The notes under the pieces were generated by a model. The model ran no database searches, was not told the DNA's origin, and saw only the letters and a program-made list of their open reading frames with translations. Of a DNA stretch of 44,234 nt, positions 15,630 through 25,225 are shown one piece after another. The translations under genes were made by a program, and so were the position numbers. Every line of letters begins with the position of its first letter. Within the stretch, counting starts at the first letter, position 1. Source of the stretch: a virus. Taxonomy: Duplodnaviria; Caudoviricetes. Location of the stretch: the IMG/VR virus record IMGVR_UViG_3300033067_000403, positions 1 through 44,234 of that record. The stretch is one strand, 5' to 3'.

Positions 15630-17926
15630 TAGTGACATTGCCCCCAACTTTTACCCGGAATATATTCAAAACCTAAGTCAACTCGTAACTTTAGTTCTTC
15701 ACATGCGTTTTTAATACCTAATTCAATGCACTCTACAGGCAGAGTTTTTAAGCCTACGTATGGTCCTTTTGTACCATGTCCGACAGCACTGCAGCCTGAG
15801 TTGCTTTGAACAAAAGCCTTAGCTTCTTCTTCAGTTGCAAAGCCCTTGACAGTCATCAGTGAAGGATGGCAAGCCATTTGCTGTTCATCATGCATGTGAA
15901 TCAACCACCAGACTTTCACATCCTCGATTGTATCCTTAAATGGATCACCTAGAATACCTCGCTCTTCCATAGCCTGAGCTAAACGAACTGCAGACCACTT
16001 GGCAGCAATAGCACCACCAGACTGGAATAGAACGTTAATAAGGCTGTGTTTACTGCGAGTTGATAGTCTCCTACCATCCAAGCCCGGAATGCTTTTCTTA
16101 CCGCTTGCTTCCCATGTCTGTTCTACTTTTTCTTTTAGTTCTTTCAGTGCAGGTACAGCATCCCAATACTCGTTAAATAGTCGCTGACCTTCTGCTTCTG
16201 TAATGCCAAGCATCTTAGATAGCTTTTTAGGTTGCGCCCCATAAATCGCAGCATAACTAAACGACTTTGCAGAGTTACGATCAATGCCTAGTTTACGAGC
16301 ATTAATACTGTGAATGTCATTAGGCTTTTCTGCAACCAAAGCTGCAGCAAGTTCAGCACCTTCTGTATAAGGCAGAACATAATGCCCCATTACTCGTGCT
16401 TCAAGAGAAGCGAAGTCATAACCTAGTTGCCACAGTCCACGACCGCATCCAAATAGACTACGCATTTGCTCACCATATAGTGAAGTTACACGAGGTACAT
16501 TGCACACGATCTTATGACGATAGCGACCTGTATTAGCTCCTAGAGTATCTGCAGGAGTAGGGATACGTCCATCCTCTCGTACAGCACTGATAAAGCCTGT
16601 CATTGGCTCACCATCTTCATCCAATGCTCCACCAGCAATAGAGTTCTTGCGGTGACGGTATGTGTAGTAATGCACAACGTCCTTTACGAACTCAGCTTTT
16701 TGACCAAGAGCGATCAGATTAGGACAGATTTCTTTTTCAACACCTACTGTCAGCTTTGGAGTAGTCGGCAAATAGATTGGTTTGGAACCGTTGATTTTCT
16801 TTAGTAAGAATGCACGAAGATTCTCCATTTTTACATCCAGCAGTTCCAAGCGCAAATCTCTGAACACCGATGTTTCAGTCTGTTTAACATAGCGATCAAT
16901 TGCCTCGATAATGCCGTTGTAATCTCGGACACTCTTATCAGTCTTCTTGACAATATCACGCTCTTTGACTTCGGACGGAACCCAACCAAGTGAAATCAAA
17001 TAACCCTTAACTACATCGATATCTTCAATGCATGCATCCTCTTCTGTCTTCAAAGGCTCTTGGGTAGTAATAGGAAATTCCTTACCTTCGAAAGTAATGG
17101 TGTTGAAGTCTTCTGACAATACAGCACCAGTCTTTTCACAGAATTTCAAAAGATTAGCAGAAACTTCACCGTTCTTCTTAAAACGGATTTTAGGCAGTTC
17201 ATAAAAGCCAGCTGTAGCTTGTGTCATGCGTTTCTTTGGCAGCAATGGATCGACAGCTTTAGCAATGTTTTCCATCATGGTGTTTAGCTCTTGCAGGTTC
17301 TTATGAGCAAGGTTCAAATCGAAGTCGAAACCGAACAGTTCCTGACGTAAAGTAAGATCGGTAAGCTTAATCTCCATGCTATACGCACGGGTCCAATTAT
17401 GTTTGCCTTGTTCTTTGATCAGTTCATCCAGAATAGAAGCGTTGACGCTAGTATCTTGGATACAGTAATCCAGCATTTCCTGAGAGAAACGGTCCCACTC
17501 TTCAAAATGAGTCTTATTATTGCCAAGGCGCTTACCCCATGCATCTAGGCTATGTCCACCAAGACGATCAGCATTGAGCAATTTTGACCATAATAGCGTA
17601 TCTGTGATGGTAACAGGCTTACCAAAAAGAGTAGAAGGCTGACCGGGATAACCAATACGGTAATCCAACACTCCATATAGCATAAGGACTGGTAGGTCAA
17701 AAGAGATGATATTGTGACCGATCAACTCAGTGCAATCACTAAGGATACGGCTTAGATTCTTGTGCGTAATTTCTTCTTTTACAAGATGCACGACAGCTTT
17801 GGTATCAAGATTACGCACGACTACGCACCAAACTTTGTAGTCTGGTTTCAACTTGTAGGGCATCGCAGAGTAGTCTAGACCGTTCTGCAAAAGATTTGTT
17901 GATTCAATGTCAATGATGTACCGCAT
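15629..17926 (-). CDS. DNA polymerase, family A (T7-like) with 3'-5' exonuclease domain
   Basis: DIES, GHNIISFD, HSLDAWG, YCIQD; TGR, DFASLEAR, DIHSINA, AKSFSYAAIYG, HDE. Confidence 0.96.
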   Translation of the reverse strand: MRYIIDIESTNLLQNGLDYSAMPYKLKPDYKVWCVVVRNLDTKAVVHLVKEEITHKNLSRILSDCTELIGHNIISFDLPVLMLYGVLDYRIGYPGQPSTLFGKPVTITDTLLWSKLLNADRLGGHSLDAWGKRLGNNKTHFEEWDRFSQEMLDYCIQDTSVNASILDELIKEQGKHNWTRAYSMEIKLTDLTLRQELFGFDFDLNLAHKNLQELNTMMENIAKAVDPLLPKKRMTQATAGFYELPKIRFKKNGEVSANLLKFCEKTGAVLSEDFNTITFEGKEFPITTQEPLKTEEDACIEDIDVVKGYLISLGWVPSEVKERDIVKKTDKSVRDYNGIIEAIDRYVKQTETSVFRDLRLELLDVKMENLRAFLLKKINGSKPIYLPTTPKLTVGVEKEICPNLIALGQKAEFVKDVVHYYTYRHRKNSIAGGALDEDGEPMTGFISAVREDGRIPTPADTLGANTGRYRHKIVCNVPRVTSLYGEQMRSLFGCGRGLWQLGYDFASLEARVMGHYVLPYTEGAELAAALVAEKPNDIHSINARKLGIDRNSAKSFSYAAIYGAQPKKLSKMLGITEAEGQRLFNEYWDAVPALKELKEKVEQTWEASGKKSIPGLDGRRLSTRSKHSLINVLFQSGGAIAAKWSAVRLAQAMEERGILGDPFKDTIEDVKVWWLIHMHDEQQMACHPSLMTVKGFATEEEAKAFVQSNSGCSAVGHGTKGPYVGLKTLPVECIELGIKNACEELKLRVDLGFEYIPGKSWGQCH

Positions 17927-17944
17927 GTCTTCCTTCCAAATAAA

Positions 17945-17982
17945 TAAGCCCCAAGTCTATCACAACTTGAGGCTTACGTCAA
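17945..17982 (-). promoter_or_regulatory. Terminator hairpin overlapping the promoter for DNA polymerase
   Basis: TTGACG-17-TAGACT; stem TAAGCCTCAAGT/ACTTGGGGCTTA plus T-rich tail. Confidence 0.6.
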
Positions 17983-17985
17983 CTA

Positions 17986-19710
17986 TCAATGATTATTTAA
18001 CCAGTCTTCTAAGCTGAATAAAGTATGTGTAGCGTTATCGTAGTAAATAAAGCCAGCCGGACCTGTTAGACCGCATACTCGATTCTTAGTAACTGTAATT
18101 TCTGTACTGTTTCGTGTTAGCTCACTCTCTGCCATCTTATCTCGTTTGAGCAAAATGTTAGCTGAAGCTGATTTGATGATGGTACTAGAACCCATAATGT
18201 TCTGTTCACTATCTGCACCGCTTTGACCTGCTGGAGTCTTTCGCATGTGGTTGATAAAGATGAACGTTACACCGTGGCTCTTAATAAAGCCTTTGGCCCA
18301 CTTCATGAACTCTGCTTGCTCTTCATTACTCAGACCATCTAGGATGTCTTGCAAGGGGTCTAAAACGATCACCTTAGCACCACACGCAGCAACTAGCTCT
18401 TCTACTGTGTCTTGAATCTCTTCGATAGTACCGTCACGGTTATCGAGCAGATAGAAACGAGAATCACCATCTTCGGTAGTCATCAAGTTCTTGGCTTGAT
18501 CACGAACCTTGTCTGAGTTCAAATACTCAAGCTTCTGACCTGTATCTTCAATCAAAGCTAACTTCTTGGACAAATGCCGAGATAGTAAAACTTCGCCATA
18601 CTGACCAGCATCAAGTTCCATCGAGACAATGCCAACTGTATGAGGCGAGTTAAAAATCCAGTAATAGATTAGTTCATTAACCAGCGTTGTTTTACCAATG
18701 CCAGTATCAGCTGCAATGTTCACGATATGACCAAGAGGCATACCACCAACAAATAACTCATTTAACTTCTGCATGAAAGGTGGGAATGGAATCTTGGCTA
18801 CTGCAGTTTGACCTAGAATACGATCATACAGATTACTTGAAGGTAAAACACCTACAGGCACTTGTTTCTTCGCATTGTAGAAATCGCTCAAGAAAGCTTT
18901 TGATTCACCTTTTTGCAGGTACTCATTGGCATCTTTAAAGCGCATTGGCATGATCTTGACCTTACCCTTAGGCAAGACCTTAATCAAGGCTTCAGTGGCT
19001 GTTTGACCAGCTTTATCGTTGTCATACGAAATGATGATCCAATCGAACGAGTCAAAGAACTTGAACTGTGCTGCTACTTGCTTATGTGAGTTGGCTCCAG
19101 TCGTAGGGCTAACTACAGCTGTCTCAACTTCACCACCTTTGCTTTTGTTGTATTCATCCAGCATCTGATACGCAGATAGAGCGTCAACTTCGCCTTCTGT
19201 AATTACAACATACTTGCCACCACGGTTAAACTTGAACTGCATGAACAATTCACAGTCAGCACCAGTACGACCCTTAGAATAAAAATCCTTAGGTACTTCA
19301 CGCACTTTATAACCGACAAGCTCACCATCTTGAGTACAAGGATAGTATTGCTCAATTACTTCTCTAGTCTCAGCTGAGAATGCATGTCGCACCCCAAACC
19401 GAGAGTAGATGTGGTCTTCGATGCCACGAAAGCCATTACCCTTATTGGAAGTCTCTGCTTTTAATGCAGCATTTTCCTCTGGTGTCATAGCTGGCTTTGT
19501 ATTCGTCTTCACTTCCATATCTTCTATTTCCTTCGGTTTAGTTTTTATTTTCTTACCAGTATTTAAACGAGCTTTGAGTTCTGCTTTAGCATCTTCACTA
19601 AGGACAGTCTTTTCGCAAGAGAAACAGTGAGTATTTCCATTACTATAAACTGCCTTAGCATCTGAGCTACCGCATTTTTCGCAAGCTTCGTGTCTTACGA
19701 AACGATCCAA
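17986..19710 (-). CDS. DNA primase-helicase (T7 gp4-like)
   Basis: CEKCGSSD...CFSC Zn domain; TOPRIM ITEGEVD and YDND; Walker A ADTGIGKT; TTG start behind AGGAG. Confidence 0.95.
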   Translation of the reverse strand: MDRFVRHEACEKCGSSDAKAVYSNGNTHCFSCEKTVLSEDAKAELKARLNTGKKIKTKPKEIEDMEVKTNTKPAMTPEENAALKAETSNKGNGFRGIEDHIYSRFGVRHAFSAETREVIEQYYPCTQDGELVGYKVREVPKDFYSKGRTGADCELFMQFKFNRGGKYVVITEGEVDALSAYQMLDEYNKSKGGEVETAVVSPTTGANSHKQVAAQFKFFDSFDWIIISYDNDKAGQTATEALIKVLPKGKVKIMPMRFKDANEYLQKGESKAFLSDFYNAKKQVPVGVLPSSNLYDRILGQTAVAKIPFPPFMQKLNELFVGGMPLGHIVNIAADTGIGKTTLVNELIYYWIFNSPHTVGIVSMELDAGQYGEVLLSRHLSKKLALIEDTGQKLEYLNSDKVRDQAKNLMTTEDGDSRFYLLDNRDGTIEEIQDTVEELVAACGAKVIVLDPLQDILDGLSNEEQAEFMKWAKGFIKSHGVTFIFINHMRKTPAGQSGADSEQNIMGSSTIIKSASANILLKRDKMAESELTRNSTEITVTKNRVCGLTGPAGFIYYDNATHTLFSLEDWLNNH

Positions 19711-19711
19711 A

Positions 19712-20758
19712 TTAATCTCCTGTCTTAATCAACCATTTGTTACTAATTGACTTAAAACTGCGATCATGTACCGTATTGCTCTTAAACACAACACCTTCTC
19801 GTTCACTGCCATTTAGCACTGACTTACCCTCTGCAAATTCAATAATGCTTTGGAGTGTTTGATATTTAATATCAGTAGCTTCAACCAAGATAGGTACGTG
19901 CTTTAGACCTAGACGTTCACATGCAGCTTTAAGCTGTACAGGCAAGATGTATTGCCCTGTGTTCGTATTGTACATGTCGTAGACGTAGAAGTCAAGCTGT
20001 GTTTTGTACTGGTTGCCTTGGATACCTTCACCAATCATTTCACCTTGAATAGCCATACCCTTCATAAAGTTTCGGCGCATGATATCTTCAATTTGAAACT
20101 TACGTGCTACTTTCCAGAATGAATTTGCTTCGTCTTCTTTCAAATCAAGATTACGAGAGCATACGTGAAATACGTCTTCATGGTCAAGATAGAACGTAGC
20201 AGAAGAACCATCGAGCTTTTCAGTGATAGACCAGCTATCTTCTTGGTACTTCTCAAAAGATCGGGTCAGGTTCTGAATACGCTCTTGGTCAGTCTTTGGT
20301 ACTAGAGGTGGGAAATTACCTCGTGCCATACCAGCGAGTTGAGCATTCATTGGGCGTTCCCACTTTAGGATACCCAATGCTTCGGTTACATCAAAACCTT
20401 CTTCAATGCGTACTTCACAAGAAAAACCCAAACCTACATCTGGACCATTATCAGTTAAAATAGTAATAGGCAGCAACAAACCCTGTGAGATTTGACCACG
20501 TAGTTTTACAGTACGTAGACGCTCACCCTTTACACCTTCAAATTCACGAGGCTCTTTACCTTTGGATAGAAATGGTGCAAGATTTGTTGGAACCCAAGAG
20601 TCAATTTCAAGGTACACAGCAAGATTATCCTCTGCATATTCACCTTTCTTGACTACTACTTTCCAACCATCGACTACAGCTACTTCAATAGCGTCTGCAC
20701 CTTCGATGGGTTCAATACCGGCAATCTTACGAATTGTTGCGAGTTTACGTTCTGTCAT
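19712..20758 (-). CDS. RNA ligase, DRB0094/Rnl5 family
   Basis: RKLATI...IEGADAIE...LRGQISQGL; PKTDQERIQN; TEKLDG; GE; REGVV; FKSISN. Confidence 0.9.
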   Translation of the reverse strand: MTERKLATIRKIAGIEPIEGADAIEVAVVDGWKVVVKKGEYAEDNLAVYLEIDSWVPTNLAPFLSKGKEPREFEGVKGERLRTVKLRGQISQGLLLPITILTDNGPDVGLGFSCEVRIEEGFDVTEALGILKWERPMNAQLAGMARGNFPPLVPKTDQERIQNLTRSFEKYQEDSWSITEKLDGSSATFYLDHEDVFHVCSRNLDLKEDEANSFWKVARKFQIEDIMRRNFMKGMAIQGEMIGEGIQGNQYKTQLDFYVYDMYNTNTGQYILPVQLKAACERLGLKHVPILVEATDIKYQTLQSIIEFAEGKSVLNGSEREGVVFKSNTVHDRSFKSISNKWLIKTGD

Positions 20759-20934
20759 TTGTTCTTTCCTTTCGATTTGAAATGCTTTTTTGTAAAGTAC
20801 GAGATAGTCGTTATAGACAAACGAGATGATAACATACCTAATGATAAAACAGTCACCAGACCATCAAAAATTTCGGATAGTCCGAAAACTACAAATTGCC
20901 ACTTTGGGATAGGACTTTGTGTTCTATTGATCAT
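20755..20934 (-). CDS. Small hypothetical membrane protein (59 aa)
   Basis: Hand-translated MINRTQSPIPKWQFVV...; ATGA overlap. Confidence 0.6.
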   Translation of the reverse strand: MINRTQSPIPKWQFVVFGLSEIFDGLVTVLSLGMLSSRLSITTISYFTKKHFKSKGKNK

Positions 20935-20937
20935 ATT

Positions 20938-21108
20938 TTACCCTGTAAATTTTTGAAAAATAACACGTTCACCGGACTCCGAATCTAAGTAGCAGTTTGA
21001 ACCATTTGGACCACTGAGGTATTCTTGAGCAGCTACTAGCGTAGTAAATACTGCAGCAACACTTACTCCGCATCCACGGTCCTCTTCTAGAACTATATAA
21101 ACTTTCAT
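20938..21108 (-). CDS. Small hypothetical protein (56 aa)
   Basis: MKVYIVLEEDRGCG...; AAGGAG RBS. Confidence 0.65.
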   Translation of the reverse strand: MKVYIVLEEDRGCGVSVAAVFTTLVAAQEYLSGPNGSNCYLDSESGERVIFQKFTG

Positions 21109-21139
21109 AGCTTACTCCTTCTCTGTTTCCGTTATTGTA

Positions 21140-22039
21140 TCACAGATCATCCTTATGCCGAATACCAACCAGCACCGGAAATCTCGGTACATTATACCCG
21201 TTTCCAACGTCAAAATACTTAACCTTTGCAAGCTGGCCCATCAAAGTTTCCCTGCGTTCCCACAAGTCTTCTCGGATGGCATCAGTCATACCGCTACCAC
21301 AACTGAATGTAGAGCCTGTAGAGGTGCATAGAATCAACGATCCCATTGTATCTAGGGCTACCATACCTTCCTTGGCTGTAGAGCGTTCTGTGCGACCTAA
21401 TTCATTGGTCTTTGCAGCATTGGTATTGGTGTACTTAGGTTCCCAACCAATGATTTCAAATTCATTGTCAACAAAGCGTTTGACTTTCTGTAGTTCTGGA
21501 TTCTTTGTACCAGAGCGACCGCATTTGTATTTAGCGTCAGCATCCCGTAGCATAACACCTTCAGCACCTTGAGCCAGCATTGTAGCTTCAAATTCATCGA
21601 TCTGTGTTTCTGATTCTACAGTCAAATGCTCCAATACTTTGACACGAGCAGGAAAACGAGTGTAATTAACTAAACGTGTAAAACGCTCAATCCAAGTTTG
21701 AGTAGGATGCCAGCGATCAAACACCCAAAATGTAAAGTCAGGTTCACCTTCAATACGCATTACTCCAGAAGTACTTTGGTTAAATACATCAAGTGCATTC
21801 TTATCACCTACGATAAGTTCACCATCCATACCTTCCATAGCTTCTGCATGATGTTGTACATAAGCTTGAATGCTTAGGTTAGGGATGCGCTTGAGGCTAC
21901 GGCTGTAAGCTACACCACCGAAGACGATGCAGCGGATACCATCAAGCTTTTCAGACATGTACCGATTAGCTGGTTGTGTCTTGACTTTTGTTTGCTCGAT
22001 AGCTAGTTGTGGTTTGAAACCTTCTGGAATTGTCATCAA
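21140..22039 (-). CDS. ATP-dependent DNA ligase
   Basis: SEKLDGIR, MDGEL, VFD, EGVMLR, KVK, GSG, PRFP motifs. Confidence 0.95.
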   Translation of the reverse strand: MMTIPEGFKPQLAIEQTKVKTQPANRYMSEKLDGIRCIVFGGVAYSRSLKRIPNLSIQAYVQHHAEAMEGMDGELIVGDKNALDVFNQSTSGVMRIEGEPDFTFWVFDRWHPTQTWIERFTRLVNYTRFPARVKVLEHLTVESETQIDEFEATMLAQGAEGVMLRDADAKYKCGRSGTKNPELQKVKRFVDNEFEIIGWEPKYTNTNAAKTNELGRTERSTAKEGMVALDTMGSLILCTSTGSTFSCGSGMTDAIREDLWERRETLMGQLAKVKYFDVGNGYNVPRFPVLVGIRHKDDL

Positions 22040-22142
22040 TGATCTCCTAGTTTGATTAAACGATAGCGTTTGTTGCCAAGCTTTAAGTATACACCAGCAT
22101 AGTAGAAAATTTTAGGACTTTGATAAATTAATTTTGGAAAGG

Positions 22143-22487
22143 TCATTTCTTTGCCTTACTTTTTAATGATTCAAGTTGTTCTGCAAGTTTAAGTTCAATC
22201 AGTGCAACTGTTTGTTTACCAATATTACTTTCTACAATTTGTTGACCAGTGTAAGCACCAGCCATCATCCACATTGTACGCTCTGAAGGTAACAGTGAAT
22301 TTGTTAATCCTGTAAGTAAGATAAGAACAATGGGCCAAACACGAATACCCTTTAGTGTAGGATATGTATCACCATGCCACCAAATATAAATAATATAACA
22401 AATCAGCGTAATGCAAAACATAAAAGAAATTAGATTTGAAATACTAGTAATGACACCAGCAAGATAAATAATTAACACTAAACTCAT
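22143..22487 (-). CDS. Membrane protein
   Basis: Hydrophobic segments, LPSERT motif. Confidence 0.75.
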   Translation of the reverse strand: MSLVLIIYLAGVITSISNLISFMFCITLICYIIYIWWHGDTYPTLKGIRVWPIVLILLTGLTNSLLPSERTMWMMAGAYTGQQIVESNIGKQTVALIELKLAEQLESLKSKAKK

Positions 22488-22747
22488 GTTGCACTCCAAA
22501 AAGAATATGTTTGTTCAAAGATATCAGGCTTACAAGGATAAAACTCACCTTGAACACCTTTGATGATCCAGTCATTGGGTTTTGCTGTAATCCAACCTTC
22601 CAGTGTATATATGGTCCATGAGACATGCCGCCCAGTAAAACAGCCAGTCTTCAACTCTGGAAATAGTTTAGAAATAGCTTCTGCACCTTCAATAGTACCA
22701 TCCCATTGAAAAGCTTCAATAACTACTGGTTTCTTTACGAATTTCAT
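22484..22747 (-). CDS. Conserved phage protein
   Basis: KKPVVIEAFQW...DWIIKGVQGEFYPCKPDIFEQTY, a widespread motif. Confidence 0.85.
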   Translation of the reverse strand: MKFVKKPVVIEAFQWDGTIEGAEAISKLFPELKTGCFTGRHVSWTIYTLEGWITAKPNDWIIKGVQGEFYPCKPDIFEQTYSFWSAT

Positions 22748-22881
22748 TGGTGGGCCACCTGCAAAATCATATTAATGCCTTGGATGACCATTTGTTGCTC
22801 CATTGGATTCAACTCGTGCCAAGTTCGTTTGCTACCGAATTGTGCAGCTACTTTAGTCCAAAATTTTTCAACGTCTGACAT
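22744..22881 (-). CDS. Small hypothetical protein (45 aa)
   Basis: MSDVEKFW...; GGAG RBS; ATGA overlap. Confidence 0.6.
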   Translation of the reverse strand: MSDVEKFWTKVAAQFGSKRTWHELNPMEQQMVIQGINMILQVAHQ

Positions 22882-22884
22882 ACT

Positions 22885-23184
22885 TTACTCCAAAATAAAA
22901 GTTGTTCGGGTCCACATACCAAATCGGCAATCTTTGCACTCTGCATCTAAGCTATAGACTTTATCACCTGATTGAACATTTGTAAATAGATACAAGTGTT
23001 CATTGGTATTAGTCTCAGCTTTACCTGCATTATATGCATCTTCTAGGATATTGCACAGAGCATCAAACTTATTTGAATCGTTACTGGAGAAATAATACAG
23101 CAAAGTAGTACTTAAAGGAACAGGCGCTCCTTGTAAAGTATAAGTTTTGCATTTTGATTTAAAAAACCAATTTTCAAATGTCAT
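22885..23184 (-). CDS. Hypothetical protein
   Basis: 99 aa ORF in operon. Confidence 0.65.
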   Translation of the reverse strand: MTFENWFFKSKCKTYTLQGAPVPLSTTLLYYFSSNDSNKFDALCNILEDAYNAGKAETNTNEHLYLFTNVQSGDKVYSLDAECKDCRFGMWTRTTFILE

Positions 23185-23371
23185 TTTGTTCCTTTAAGTT
23201 ACCAAATTCGTTGTAATACTCTTTAGCTTCATGACAAGCTAGTAGAATACTTTGCAAGCGGTTAGCTAAATGCATATCACGATCCGACATATGATAGCCA
23301 CCGTTGATCAATTTAGCTTTGACTGAAGCAATACGACTCACTGCATCTACGAAATTATCTGGCTGTTTCAT
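23174..23371 (-). CDS. Hypothetical protein
   Basis: 65 aa ORF in operon. Confidence 0.65.
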   Translation of the reverse strand: MKQPDNFVDAVSRIASVKAKLINGGYHMSDRDMHLANRLQSILLACHEAKEYYNEFGNLKEQNDI

Positions 23372-23769
23372 AAACCTTCCTTACGATACGCAAGTTCTTT
23401 GATTAGCAATCCCTCTACGTAAGAGCCTTTGAGTTGCGTTTGAGTATCAAGTATAGCATGAATATGATCAGTATCCATAGCGCTCAATGTTAAATAAACA
23501 CCATGAGGAATATGTTCTCCATTCTTACCATAAGATTTCCATACAAAATTCCTACGTACAGTTTCAAAAGGATCACTTAGGTATACATCCATAAACGTTG
23601 CAGGTGTTTTATTGAAGCTACGGCGAATGTAAGCAGTACCGCCATCTACAATGTAAATTTCACCAGATACTGTATCTTTATGTTCTTTGTAATCATGTCG
23701 ATGGTAACTACGCAAGTAAGTACCGTCAGGGGTCATGATTGCATTGCAAATGATTTGATCAGAATTCAT
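23368..23769 (-). CDS. Conserved phage hypothetical protein
   Basis: NAIMTPDGT...SYHRHDY...VDGG..YIRR...W.SYGKNG; start moved to ATG 23769. Confidence 0.8.
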   Translation of the reverse strand: MNSDQIICNAIMTPDGTYLRSYHRHDYKEHKDTVSGEIYIVDGGTAYIRRSFNKTPATFMDVYLSDPFETVRRNFVWKSYGKNGEHIPHGVYLTLSAMDTDHIHAILDTQTQLKGSYVEGLLIKELAYRKEGL

Positions 23770-23923
23770 AGTAATCCTCATCATCGTCAGACCATACGTC
23801 AACCAACGTAGGACCATCACCAGTTGGATCGAACATTTTTTCAGCTTCGGCAATTGCTGCACTTTCATCAGCAGCTTCAACTTCAATAGTCTCTTCGTAT
23901 TTCAATGTTACAAAATATTTCAT
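23759..23923 (-). CDS. Small acidic protein (54 aa)
   Basis: MKYFVTLKYEETIEVEAADESAAIAEA...; AAGGAG RBS. Confidence 0.65.
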   Translation of the reverse strand: MKYFVTLKYEETIEVEAADESAAIAEAEKMFDPTGDGPTLVDVWSDDDEDYYEF

Positions 23924-24159
23924 GTATTTTTCTCCTTAAGTTTGGCTTCGACTTGGCGCAGTTTGTCAATGTACGTACCACCTTCAACTGGGGCATCGTC
24001 ATACCAAACTTGACGCAACTCTTCATCCGTTAGCCCAACCCATGTTGCACAAAACTTAGTGCCAACAGGGTAATGATCATAGAAATCATTGCTAGTTTCG
24101 TGCCAATTGACATAAGGATAACCTTGGTCATCTAATACAACTTCAGCTACTACGTTCAT
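23920..24159 (-). CDS. Hypothetical protein
   Basis: WVGLTDEE...EAKLKEKNT tail common in phage proteins. Confidence 0.75.
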   Translation of the reverse strand: MNVVAEVVLDDQGYPYVNWHETSNDFYDHYPVGTKFCATWVGLTDEELRQVWYDDAPVEGGTYIDKLRQVEAKLKEKNT

Positions 24160-24329
24160 AGTTTCTCCATTCTGATATTTTTGAGAGTAGGACTCTTACG
24201 CATTTGACACAGATGCCAACTAGCGGCTTTATCATCACAAGCATAAGTACGATTTGAGATTGTACCATCACTTTTGACTTCTTGCCAAGTTAGACGAACA
24301 TTTTTAACATCTGTTTTCTTAATCTTCAT
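24156..24329 (-). CDS. Small hypothetical protein (57 aa)
   Basis: MKIKKTDVKNVRLTWQE...; overlaps both neighbours. Confidence 0.6.
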   Translation of the reverse strand: MKIKKTDVKNVRLTWQEVKSDGTISNRTYACDDKAASWHLCQMRKSPTLKNIRMEKL

Positions 24330-24693
24330 AGTACCTGTTCTCCGGTTTAGCTGCAGTGAATCGCTTATGAATCATGTTCCAAGCTTCGTAGTTGACCTGC
24401 ATTGTAGCAGATAAATCACGCAAAGCTAAGTTCTTTATTTGAATTACTTCATTGCTTTTGTTCCATGCAAATTCCCAATTCGTACTGACCCTTGCAGATT
24501 CCACTGCTTGTTCATGCGTGTACGCAGGAACTCTTCGCAATCTAAGTAAAGAGAACTCTGTCTGTTTGATGTAGTACTGGTAGAGGTTTTTTCTAGTCAG
24601 TTCCTTAGCTTTATCTAAAGAATCTAGAAACTCTTCACAAAGTTGAAATACAACTTGTGCTGGAACTTCCGTTGTTACTTCTGGTGTACTCAT
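24319..24693 (-). CDS. Hypothetical protein
   Basis: 124 aa ORF in operon. Confidence 0.7.
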   Translation of the reverse strand: MSTPEVTTEVPAQVVFQLCEEFLDSLDKAKELTRKNLYQYYIKQTEFSLLRLRRVPAYTHEQAVESARVSTNWEFAWNKSNEVIQIKNLALRDLSATMQVNYEAWNMIHKRFTAAKPENRYYED

Positions 24694-24986
24694 GATCCCA
24701 TCTGCTCCTGTGCTACTTGTTTGTAAATTGTGTTCATAGTCTCGATTGTACCATCAAAATACTTATGCAACACAATAGAAGTACGAACATCATAGCACCG
24801 GCCTAGTCTTGGATGGTCTAATACTAAAGGTAGACCCGCTACAGGTTGTTTAGGGTTGTCATTCCAGTTCCAAAAAACTGGTGTACCTACGTAATGCACA
24901 ACTGGCTTCTGTGGTACTTTAGGAATGCAACCATTTCGCATGCAGTGAGCCACTGTTTCGCATTCATTACAAATTACTGTATTCAT
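24690..24986 (-). CDS. Conserved phage hypothetical protein
   Basis: KPVVHY...DHPRLG...VRTS...ETMNTIY motif; AAGGAG RBS. Confidence 0.8.
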   Translation of the reverse strand: MNTVICNECETVAHCMRNGCIPKVPQKPVVHYVGTPVFWNWNDNPKQPVAGLPLVLDHPRLGRCYDVRTSIVLHKYFDGTIETMNTIYKQVAQEQMGS

Positions 24987-25134
24987 TTCATTACTCCTTT
25001 TAGTGTTAAAAAACTTGCATTAAACTTCAGTTATAACGTTAGTTAATACGTAAGTTATATTCTGAAGTTAGATTCTGAAGTTGAGTTCCTTGTCGAGTTC
25101 CCTGCCGATCCCTCCGTCCCTCGTCCCGTTGTGA

Positions 25135-25195
25135 ATTGTACTCCTAAAAAATTTCTTGTCAACCCCTTGTTTTGAAAAATTTTCTGTGCTATGAT
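25135..25195. promoter_or_regulatory. Divergent promoter pair at the strand switch
   Basis: Minus: TTGACA-16-TACAAT (25162 to 25135); plus: TTGTTT-17-TATGAT with TG extension (25167-25195). Confidence 0.7.
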
Positions 25196-25225
25196 CGAGG
25201 CTCCACAACTTTGAAAGGAACTGAA

